A stretch of 56,770 bases of DNA from a virus (taxonomy: Duplodnaviria; Caudoviricetes), in IMG/VR virus record IMGVR_UViG_3300032893_000054, positions 1 to 56,770 of that record; one strand, given 5' to 3'. Positions within the stretch are counted from its first letter, which is position 1; every line of letters starts with the position of its first letter. Positions 35,915-43,978 of this stretch are shown one piece after another. The notes beneath the pieces were generated by a model, which saw only the letters and a list, made by a program, of their open reading frames with translations, made no database searches and had not been told where the DNA came from. The position numbers and the translations under genes are program-made.

Positions 35915-36001
35915 GCGGAAACTACTAACAACCTCACAATTCCTGCTATCCTGTTGACCCTGCTACGAAGATAGTTGACGCGCCATGCTATCCTTGCTCC
36001 C

Positions 36002-36436
36002 ATGACCGGACAGATGGCCGCATCGATACGCTCACGCCTAGGCGTAACGCAATGCGATCTGGCCGCGTATCTCGGATGCTCGGAGCGCACGATTCGCCGC
36101 ATAGAACGCGGAGAAACCATTCCTCTGCCGATCTTCCAGCGATTGCTCTGCCAGCGTGCGGCGACAGCGGCATTGTCGGCAGCACAGCCGTCGGTAAAGA
36201 CGTACCGCATTAACGCGGCATCGATGTGGCGATATCTGGGTAAAACAGGCGGATGGCAGCGCTGGACGTGGGGAGAACGTGGCCGCTGGTTGCGCTGGAA
36301 ACGGTTCTACGAACGCGTGCGCCAGGAGGAGCAGCTGGGGCTCGCCCGCGTGGAGTACACGCTGCATCGCCGTGACTACCAGCGCCCACAGCCAGCCGCC
36401 GACTTGCTCGCCTCTGCGCCTGACCTCGACGTGTAA
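36002..36436 (+). CDS. XRE-family HTH regulator
   Basis: IRSRLGVTQCDLAAYLGCSERTIRRIERGE. Confidence 0.8.
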   Translation: MTGQMAASIRSRLGVTQCDLAAYLGCSERTIRRIERGETIPLPIFQRLLCQRAATAALSAAQPSVKTYRINAASMWRYLGKTGGWQRWTWGERGRWLRWKRFYERVRQEEQLGLARVEYTLHRRDYQRPQPAADLLASAPDLDV

Positions 36437-36657
36437 CATTGATACTCATCGATGTAACAATGTGACATCGCTCCTGGCCGCGGCCGGCTTGGCGTTTCTC
36501 CTGTCCAGCACGAATAGTGGTATCCAAGTCACTTTGAGCCGAGCCCCCGTCGATGGAACCGCCGGGGAGGGGATGTGCGTGGGCGTATACCCCCACGTAA
36601 AATAAATTTCCGTTAGATGTGTACAAAGCGTACACGAGTATGGTATACGTTCCTGTG

Positions 36658-36813
36658 ATGAGCGTTTCCCCGAGCATCACCATCCGGCTGCCGGAGTGGG
36701 TCATGGCCAAGGTGCGGCAGATCGCGGCGCTGGAGAGTCGCACGGTCGGCGCGGTGATCCGGCTGCTGGTGATGCGTCAGTTGGGATCGTCGTCGCGGAA
36801 GGAGCGGGAATGA
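36658..36813 (+). CDS. Ribbon-helix-helix regulator
   Basis: ITIRLPEWVMAKVRQIAALESRTVGAVIRLL. Confidence 0.75.
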   Translation: MSVSPSITIRLPEWVMAKVRQIAALESRTVGAVIRLLVMRQLGSSSRKERE

Positions 36814-37304
36814 CCGAGCGCAACCTCATATCACCTATAGAGGCGCTAGAGTTCCTCTCCCGCGGCGACGAGCGCTACCGCTGGGCCGCTGACGTGGCCA
36901 TCGTGCACGCGCTCCGCGATATCGCTGAAGAGTTGCGCCGCATCCGTGTCATACTCCACCACGAGTTCGTTCCACACATCTCACTCACGAGGATCACCAT
37001 CATGCCGAAGACAGTCGCACCCGGTCAGACCGCCACCGCCCACATCACCGCCGCCAAGTCCGACGGATCAACATACACGATCACCACCGCCGACTCCGTG
37101 TCGCTCGCTGCCGCTGTCCCCGGCGACGTCACCTTCGGCGCGCCCACGTTCAACGCTGATGGCTCGTGCGACATCGTGGTCACCGCGGTCAACGCGGACC
37201 CGGGCGACGCGATCACCGCCACTGTCGACGGAGTGACGTCGCAGCCGGACACGCTGACGATCTCGGCGCCCGCGCCAGCCACCGTCACCGTCACACTACA
37301 GTAG
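36810..37304 (+). CDS. Protein with C-terminal Ig-like domain
   Basis: AAGGAG RBS; Thr/Val-rich beta strands (ITATVDGVTS). Confidence 0.6.
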   Translation: MTERNLISPIEALEFLSRGDERYRWAADVAIVHALRDIAEELRRIRVILHHEFVPHISLTRITIMPKTVAPGQTATAHITAAKSDGSTYTITTADSVSLAAAVPGDVTFGAPTFNADGSCDIVVTAVNADPGDAITATVDGVTSQPDTLTISAPAPATVTVTLQ

Positions 37305-37311
37305 GAGAGCG

Positions 37312-37806
37312 ATGAAGTCACTCACCGAGTCCCCGGCGCTGCTCACCGTCCACGAGTCGGCGCCGGGCCACTACGTCCTTCGCGTGCGGGACACCTCGCT
37401 GCGCCCGCTCATCGTGGGCGTGACTAAACTCCTCCCCGACGCGGAATCGTTCGTGGTGGTGACGCCGTCGGACATCAAGGTGTTCTCGGCGAACGGAGAC
37501 GGACCCGCGGCGGCGGCGGAACCCGCGGCCACGCTGGACCCGGAGATGCAGGCCGCGATCGCCGAAGCCGAAGGCGTCGACACCTCCGCGCCACCGCAAT
37601 CCGAGGTCGTGGGCGACACTCCCCAGGGCACCAAGGTGGTCCGGCGCAAGAAGCCCTCCTCGGTGGCCAACAAAGCCGAGCCCTGCGGCCGCTGCACCGG
37701 CACCGGCGTGATCCAGATGATCCTCGACGGCGGCGGGACGGGCGAGGCCGCGTGCCCGGTGTGCAAGGGATCGGGGACGATGAACCGGTTTGGAGTGAGT
37801 AAATGA
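37312..37806 (+). CDS. Hypothetical protein with DnaJ-type CxxCxGxG Zn finger
   Basis: CGRCTGTG...CPVCKGSG. Confidence 0.7.
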   Translation: MKSLTESPALLTVHESAPGHYVLRVRDTSLRPLIVGVTKLLPDAESFVVVTPSDIKVFSANGDGPAAAAEPAATLDPEMQAAIAEAEGVDTSAPPQSEVVGDTPQGTKVVRRKKPSSVANKAEPCGRCTGTGVIQMILDGGGTGEAACPVCKGSGTMNRFGVSK

Positions 37807-38102
37807 CACCTGACGACATCCCCTCCTGCGTGTGCACGGCCCATCCGAAGGGCGACGATCTCAAGAAGTACATGGTCGTCGTCGAAGAGACGCCGGAGCA
37901 TGTCGTATGGTGCTGCCAGCGCTGCACCGAGATCTCGCACGTGTCGACGATCCAGGTGCGCACGCTGAAACGCGGCCGGGAGAAGGCGGCCCACGCGGTC
38001 GCCGAGCGCCGGCGCACGATGGACCCGCGCCTGCTGCGCATGCTGCACGCGCGCAAGCGTGGCGGGATGACGATCCGAGAGATGGAGGACCAGCGACGAT
38101 GA
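37803..38102 (+). CDS. Hypothetical Zn-binding protein
   Basis: Coupled overlaps; CVC, CQRC. Confidence 0.6.
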   Translation: MTPDDIPSCVCTAHPKGDDLKKYMVVVEETPEHVVWCCQRCTEISHVSTIQVRTLKRGREKAAHAVAERRRTMDPRLLRMLHARKRGGMTIREMEDQRR

Positions 38103-38371
38103 CGACCAAGAAGATTATCGAACAGGCGGCGGAGAACATGGTCGCGGATCGGCTCAAGCTGGCCGCCGACCGCATCCGCGCCTCCCGTGCCGTCCCCGAC
38201 ATCGCGATCTGCGATGCCATCGGCGATGCCGCATGGTTCCGCGAGTACTGCAACATCTGCCTGCAGTCCCCCATCGCCAACTCCTTCCTCGGCTGCATCC
38301 TGTTCGGATGGCAACTCTGCGAGGAGTACAAGCGACTGGAAGGCAAGAACGAAATCATCTATCGCGCATAG
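38099..38371 (+). CDS. Hypothetical protein
   Basis: GGAGG RBS; ATGA overlap. Confidence 0.55.
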   Translation: MTTKKIIEQAAENMVADRLKLAADRIRASRAVPDIAICDAIGDAAWFREYCNICLQSPIANSFLGCILFGWQLCEEYKRLEGKNEIIYRA

Positions 38372-38381
38372 GAGGACTTAC

Positions 38382-38591
38382 ATGATCTGCTGGCTGGTTG
38401 GACACAAGTTCAAGGATGTTACAACCAATGTGGATTGGTTTATTGATGAGCGGACGGGCATTGATCCATCGACGTTCGATGCCAATAACGTGCATCTCTG
38501 TAACGCTAACTCTCCTGTTCCTGCAGCCGTGCATAGTGGAGTTACCTTAATTTGTCTTAGATGTGGTGATGTAAGGAGGCTACATGCCTGA
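38382..38591 (+). CDS. Small Zn-ribbon protein (C..GHK...C.RCG), AT-rich insert
   Basis: AGGAGG RBS; MICWLVGHKF...CLRCG. Confidence 0.65.
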   Translation: MICWLVGHKFKDVTTNVDWFIDERTGIDPSTFDANNVHLCNANSPVPAAVHSGVTLICLRCGDVRRLHA

Positions 38592-39021
38592 ACTAGAGTT
38601 GACCCCACATCCGGACGAGCAACGATCGCTGGCAGAGTTGCGATCCGAGTTCCGTGCCCAGCACCTCGCCGACTTGCGTTCCCAGTACGCAGGCTACCAC
38701 CCCGTCGGCTGGGCCATGATCGGCGATCCGGAGATGTCCCGGTCACAATTCACCGCGCACGAGTGGTCCGAGCAAATGTTGAGATGGCTGGACGCTCCCT
38801 GCACGCAGGACTTCGGCCTTCCAGCGGTCCCTGCTGCCACCGTCGACCGCCTGTACAAGCTGGCCGAGGAGTCCCTGCTCCACGAATCCGCGACGTGGGA
38901 TTCCAGCGTCGATGGCGTCACCGACCACGACGCCCCGCCGTGCGCCGACGTACTGACGATGACGGATGAACAACTCTGTACGTACATTGACCAAGCGATC
39001 GAGGCTTCCGCAAATGGCTAA
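38584..39021 (+). CDS. Hypothetical acidic protein
   Basis: AAGGAGG RBS. Confidence 0.6.
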   Translation: MPELELTPHPDEQRSLAELRSEFRAQHLADLRSQYAGYHPVGWAMIGDPEMSRSQFTAHEWSEQMLRWLDAPCTQDFGLPAVPAATVDRLYKLAEESLLHESATWDSSVDGVTDHDAPPCADVLTMTDEQLCTYIDQAIEASANG

Positions 39022-40546
39022 GTTCAACATCTCCCGCATCGTCCCCGAAGGTTTCATCCACTCCTCCGGGTTCCTTGAAGTCATCGACTCGCTCGCGTGG
39101 TCCCTCGCTGCTCTGGAGCACGATGTCAACGTCACGCAGAACTGGTTCTCTGAGTCCAAGGAGCACAATATCCTGTTCGGCGCTGAACTGGTCGCCGACT
39201 TCCAGCGCCTGCCGCCCGGGACCATCATCTTCAACCTTGAACAGCCGTCCCATCCGCGCCTCGACGTCGTCCGCCGAATAGCTAAGGAGTCTGATGCCGT
39301 AATATGGGACTACTCTCACCGCTCGGTCGCTGACTGGCGTGATCGAGGCTTTACCAACGTTTATCACGTCCCTATTGGTTACACTCCCAACCTGACTCGT
39401 ATTCCACACCTCGCTCCCGACTACGACGTCTTCTTTTGCGGTTGGCCTACTCCGCGCCGCGTGGAACTCCTGAATTCCCTCCGCGCCGCCGGCCTGCGTG
39501 TGTTCTTCTCCGACGCCTGCTACGGCGGGGGCCGTGACAACGCGATCGCCCGCTCTCGCCTCTGCCTCAACGTGCACCACGACGGCCGCGACCGCTTCGA
39601 GATCGTGCGCTGCTCCTACCTGATGGCCAACTCGCACGCTATCGTCACCGAGGTTTCCTCCGATGACGACGAATACGCGGACCTGCAGGGGATCGAGCGC
39701 GTACCCTATCGCCTGCTCACTGACTTCACCATGTCCCTGCTGACCAACGACCGCCAACTCCAGGACATGCAGATGCAATCCCTCGTGTCGATCAAGAAAC
39801 GCAACTTCGTCGAATCCGTCGACGCGGCGCTGAAGGACTGGCAACCCGCGACGCCATCCACCGCGCCGGTCATGTCGAAGCCGCTCGCCCACGCCATGGC
39901 CAGCTCCGAGCGCAAGCGCGACTATCTGTCCGCCGCCCGCGTCCTCCCCCGCGCCATCCCGACCGGCGCCCGCGACCCGCGCGTCGCAGCCCGCTACCAG
40001 GCCGCCCTCCGCCAGGGCGACATGAAGGACTTCGTCGAGTGGATGGCACAGCACGCCAAGGGCAACATCCTCGAGATCGGCGTGCGCGACGGCGCCTCCA
40101 CCTCTGCATTCCTGACCGGCCTCGAACTCGCAGGCGGCCACCTCTACTCCGTCGACGTGCAGCCCTGCGGCCACCTGTTCTCCGGCCATCCCCAGTGGAC
40201 CTTCATCCACCTCAACTCGATCGAGTTCCAGAAGGTGATCGCGCAGATCCCCTACGAGCTGGACATCATCCTGATCGACGGCGACCACTCCAAGGTGGGC
40301 GTGCTGACCGACTGCGAGTACCTGCGCCAGCTCCGCCCCGGCGGCATGGCCCTGTTCCACGACATCGCGCCGGAGCCTAACTCGACCAACGATCCCACGT
40401 GGCCGGGTGACGCGGTGAAGGAGGTCTACGAGTCGCTGTGCCGCGGCATGGCGGAGCACGGGTGGACGAACGAAATCCTGCCGGGACGCTACGGGATGGG
40501 AGTGCTGCGCCGCCCGCAGCCGCAACCAGCAGAGGTGAGCGCGTGA
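39014..40546 (+). CDS. Glycosyltransferase (GT-B-like) fused to class I SAM methyltransferase
   Basis: YDVFFCG..TPRR, SRLCLNVH, FEIVR; C-terminal ILEIGVRDGAST, YSVD, ILIDGDH, LRPGG...FHD. Confidence 0.8.
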   Translation: MAKFNISRIVPEGFIHSSGFLEVIDSLAWSLAALEHDVNVTQNWFSESKEHNILFGAELVADFQRLPPGTIIFNLEQPSHPRLDVVRRIAKESDAVIWDYSHRSVADWRDRGFTNVYHVPIGYTPNLTRIPHLAPDYDVFFCGWPTPRRVELLNSLRAAGLRVFFSDACYGGGRDNAIARSRLCLNVHHDGRDRFEIVRCSYLMANSHAIVTEVSSDDDEYADLQGIERVPYRLLTDFTMSLLTNDRQLQDMQMQSLVSIKKRNFVESVDAALKDWQPATPSTAPVMSKPLAHAMASSERKRDYLSAARVLPRAIPTGARDPRVAARYQAALRQGDMKDFVEWMAQHAKGNILEIGVRDGASTSAFLTGLELAGGHLYSVDVQPCGHLFSGHPQWTFIHLNSIEFQKVIAQIPYELDIILIDGDHSKVGVLTDCEYLRQLRPGGMALFHDIAPEPNSTNDPTWPGDAVKEVYESLCRGMAEHGWTNEILPGRYGMGVLRRPQPQPAEVSA

Positions 40547-40764
40547 GCAGCAACATTAGCTATCGAGTTCGCTTGAAAGATAATCCCGACGAGATTCGTA
40601 TCGACGCGGAAGACGTTAACCTAGACTGCCCTTGCAGCGAGTTCAGCGGCGAGAGCTTGGAGAACATGACATGCTCGCACGAGAAGGCGTGGTTCAACTT
40701 CACGAAGGAGTCGATAACGGTAGCGGCAATCCCATACGCACAGATCGTCTACATAATCGACTGA
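40543..40764 (+). CDS. Hypothetical protein
   Basis: GAGGT RBS; GTGA overlap. Confidence 0.5.
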   Translation: MSSNISYRVRLKDNPDEIRIDAEDVNLDCPCSEFSGESLENMTCSHEKAWFNFTKESITVAAIPYAQIVYIID

Positions 40765-40885
40765 TCCGACAAGTGGTCGAATGGTATGTCCATGCGCGGC
40801 GTGTGGAACGAGAACGATGGCATCCTCGCAATCGTGGAGGGAATGCGCATCAGCGCAGAGTGCATGCGCGTAAGGTAGTAACCGA

Positions 40886-41782
40886 ATGAGAATCCTCTAC
40901 CTGAGTGACCACGGCGATCGCGCCGACTACCTGCGCGATTGCCTGTTCCACGGCCTGCGCACGCTGCTTGGCCCGGACGTCGTCGACGCGGATCGGCTGG
41001 ACGTCATGTACTCTGACTTCCCCGCTAACCACTCAATCTACGGTCGCGGCTTCTCCCTCTACCGCCTCCTGCCCGAGATCCCCGTGGACCGCACCGACAT
41101 CACCGGCAAGATCCGCACCCGCTACTTCGATCTCGTGATCTACGGGAGCATCCACCGCTGCCAATCCTTCCTACGCCTCGTCGCTGACACCTACGACGGT
41201 CGCAGCGTGTGTGCGATCGACGGGGAAGACCATCCGGGATATCTGCAGGGGTTAGGCATGCGCTACTTTAAACGCGAGCTTCATCACCCGCAGCCTGGCT
41301 GCCATCCCATCTCGTTCGCCATCCCCAAGGAGAAGATCCGCCCGCACCCCGCGCCCAAGACGCGCATCATGGCCCCCTGCGATCCCATCGACCGCACGAC
41401 CTACATCTACACGACCGAGTCCGCCTACTATCAGCAGTACGCCGAGTCCTACTACGGCCCGACGATGAGGAAAGCAGGATTTGATTGTATGCGCCACTAT
41501 GAAATCCTGTCCCAGTGGTGCATCCCCTACTTCCGCGTGCTGGAAGACCTCCCTGCTCCCATCTGCACCACGCTCCCGCGGCCGGAACTGAACCTCGCCA
41601 AGACGCTCATCGAATACTGGGCGCAGGACCGCTCGAACGACCGCATCCGCGCGCTGCTGCCTGCCCTGTGGGAGTCCCTCATCGATCCCGTGATGGCCGC
41701 CGTGCGCAGCCGCATGACCACCGAATCCCTCGCGACCTACGTGCTTGACACGATCGGCGTCCGCGCCAAGGAGTATGCCTGA
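40886..41782 (+). CDS. Putative glycosyltransferase (GT-B-like)
   Basis: MRILYL, IDGED, YFKRE, KAGFDCMRHYEIL...CIPYF. Confidence 0.65.
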   Translation: MRILYLSDHGDRADYLRDCLFHGLRTLLGPDVVDADRLDVMYSDFPANHSIYGRGFSLYRLLPEIPVDRTDITGKIRTRYFDLVIYGSIHRCQSFLRLVADTYDGRSVCAIDGEDHPGYLQGLGMRYFKRELHHPQPGCHPISFAIPKEKIRPHPAPKTRIMAPCDPIDRTTYIYTTESAYYQQYAESYYGPTMRKAGFDCMRHYEILSQWCIPYFRVLEDLPAPICTTLPRPELNLAKTLIEYWAQDRSNDRIRALLPALWESLIDPVMAAVRSRMTTESLATYVLDTIGVRAKEYA

Positions 41783-42773
41783 GATGGACATCACCATCGA
41801 CCCTGCCCAGCTCTCCCGCTGCCGGTTGTGGATCCTGATCCCCGCCGCCGGCGACCGCATCCACGCGACCTTCGCCGCCTGCCTGATCAAGCTCCTCGGC
41901 ACCCTGCGCGTCCATGGCGTCTGGTACGAGCTCCGCTTCCTCCCCGGCGACTCCCTCGTGACCCGCGCACGCAACAACCTCGCTGACATCTTCCTCTCTC
42001 AATCCTCCTCCCCGGACACCGACTTCTCCCTGTGGCTCGACTGCGACATCCTGTTCAATCCAGACGATGTCCTCCAGCTCCTCGCCCTCGACCGTGACTT
42101 CCTCGCCGCGCCGTACACGCGCAAGGGCCTGCACTGGGACCGCATCATCGCGGCCTCGCAGCTCGGCTGGACCGCCGCCCAGATCTCCGCCGTCTCGGGC
42201 ACGCCCAACGTGAACTGGATCGCCAATCCCGTCCGCATCTTCGAGCCCATGCCGGTGCTCGAAGCCGGCTCCGGCTTCTGGTTAGTCAAGCGCAAAGTGT
42301 TCCAGCACCTGATCGACTTTGGCGCAGCCCCGCGCTACCGCCGCACCGTGGACGAGACCGCCCACTACGGCCGCGACTTCGCGCACGACTTCTTCCGCGT
42401 CGGCGTGTGGCCGGAAACGTCCGAGTACCTCTCCGAGGATTGGTGGTTCTGCCGCGAGTGGCGGCGCCTCGGCGGCACGCTCTACTGCTGCTTCTGGATG
42501 AAGACGCAGCACCTCGGCCTCTACCCGTTCCAGATGGACATGACCGCGATCTCAGCGCTACTCTCAGCGACAGGGGGATACATCAATGGCGAAACGCAAC
42601 CCGGCAAGCAACGCAGCAACGGCGACGCTCGACCCGGTGGAGAACATTCCACCATCACCGATGCAAACAGAAACGGAGACGGAGCTGCTGGACTCAGCGC
42701 CCTCCTCCAATCCCTCGCCGTCCCGCCCCATGAAGCAGCAGTCCCGCGCGATCCAGGCCCGTTGGGCGACTGA
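41775..42773 (+). CDS. Glycosyltransferase (GT-A fold)
   Basis: ILIPA, SLVTRARN, WLDCDI (DxD), GSGFWLVKR, YLSEDWWFC, H.G. Confidence 0.8.
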   Translation: MPEMDITIDPAQLSRCRLWILIPAAGDRIHATFAACLIKLLGTLRVHGVWYELRFLPGDSLVTRARNNLADIFLSQSSSPDTDFSLWLDCDILFNPDDVLQLLALDRDFLAAPYTRKGLHWDRIIAASQLGWTAAQISAVSGTPNVNWIANPVRIFEPMPVLEAGSGFWLVKRKVFQHLIDFGAAPRYRRTVDETAHYGRDFAHDFFRVGVWPETSEYLSEDWWFCREWRRLGGTLYCCFWMKTQHLGLYPFQMDMTAISALLSATGGYINGETQPGKQRSNGDARPGGEHSTITDANRNGDGAAGLSALLQSLAVPPHEAAVPRDPGPLGD

Positions 42774-43176
42774 GTCCGCGACCGAGGCAGACCTGCGATC
42801 TCACTTCGAATCGCTGCCCCTCGACCGCGCGCTCGCGCTCCTGGCGGTGATGCGGCGCAACTGTACCACCGCCGGCGAGATCATCAACTCGCGCATCAAC
42901 GCGCCCGGGGACCAGCGCTGCGCCACCTGTGGCACCACGCTCGCCGACTTCAAGAAGCGCGGCAAGCCGGACTGGTGGCTGAACCGTCCCTACTACGACA
43001 AGGACGACCGCAACATCATCCACGTCGCGCACTATTGCTCCGCCGCGTGCGTGTCCCTTGAAAACAATAAGACTCAGGGCGTCCGTGGCATCGCCGACCG
43101 CGGCATGCTGCCCGGCGATAATCCGAAGAACCACCCACGCACGCACCCGGCGCAGGCCGCCGCGGCCAAGGAGTAG
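42586..43176 (+). CDS. Hypothetical protein with CxxC...YCSxxC Zn motif
   Basis: GGGGGA RBS; CATCG...HYCSAAC; overlaps the GT 3' end. Confidence 0.6.
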   Translation: MAKRNPASNAATATLDPVENIPPSPMQTETETELLDSAPSSNPSPSRPMKQQSRAIQARWATESATEADLRSHFESLPLDRALALLAVMRRNCTTAGEIINSRINAPGDQRCATCGTTLADFKKRGKPDWWLNRPYYDKDDRNIIHVAHYCSAACVSLENNKTQGVRGIADRGMLPGDNPKNHPRTHPAQAAAAKE

Positions 43177-43181
43177 CCGCC

Positions 43182-43430
43182 ATGGACCGCCCTGTACTTT
43201 ACCGGGTCGAAAGCGCGGAGCACGTGGTCCGGGTGATGCTTGGGCCGCTGTCCGTCATGGAGGTGTGTGAAGTCTGCTACCGCCAAGGGGTGATCGCGGC
43301 TGTCCACCCTGCCGCGCAGGCGCACGCGGGCAGCCCGCACTTCAAACCTTATCAGCCGACGCCGGAATCCCTGCGACGCACCGCGGATCGGATGGAGCAG
43401 GAGCTGAAGCGGACGGGGGAGACAGAATAG
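43182..43430 (+). CDS. Hypothetical protein
   Basis: AAGGAG RBS. Confidence 0.55.
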   Translation: MDRPVLYRVESAEHVVRVMLGPLSVMEVCEVCYRQGVIAAVHPAAQAHAGSPHFKPYQPTPESLRRTADRMEQELKRTGETE

Positions 43431-43432
43431 CT

Positions 43433-43978
43433 ATGGAACCTACTAGCATTGATTGGGCACAATTAGCGGCTTACATAGACGGCGAAGGTGCGATCATTAT
43501 TCTGCGTCGAGCTGGGTTGATGGGATACAAAAATCCTTACTATCAACTTCGACTAGTTGTGTCGAACACCGATAGGCGACTCATCGACTGGATTGTGGCT
43601 ACGTTTGGTGGACATATTAGCACACGAAAAAATGGATACGGCTTCCATCCCTATTGGGAGTGGAGAACTCAGAGCGGTAACGCTGAAGCTATCTTGCGTG
43701 GCTGCTTACCCTACTTCCACATAAAAAGGGAACAGGCTGATATAGCGTTGCAATTTAGAGACACCTTTAACAAGCGTGGACTTAATGCAGGCATACCTCC
43801 GGAAATAGTAGCCCTCCGCGATTCTCTTGGGGAGGGGCTTAAATTATGCCGCAAGCGATTCTTGGCGGAGCGTACGACGCTGCAGGATGCAGAACAGATG
43901 AAAAGGGCTAACCACATAACGAATCTCAATGCCTTGAAACGGAGACACAACACACGTGTTGAATCTGGACAACTTTGA
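43433..43978 (+). CDS. Single-motif LAGLIDADG homing endonuclease
   Basis: LAAYIDGEG, VSNTD..LI.WI...FGG, LPYFHIKREQA; AT-rich. Confidence 0.88.
   Translation: MEPTSIDWAQLAAYIDGEGAIIILRRAGLMGYKNPYYQLRLVVSNTDRRLIDWIVATFGGHISTRKNGYGFHPYWEWRTQSGNAEAILRGCLPYFHIKREQADIALQFRDTFNKRGLNAGIPPEIVALRDSLGEGLKLCRKRFLAERTTLQDAEQMKRANHITNLNALKRRHNTRVESGQL

Noticed and set aside
38918-40525. Long antisense ORFs (also 47224-48714, 787-1902, 9627-10742)
   Set aside because: Shadow frames of GC3-rich genes; no RBS or motifs.
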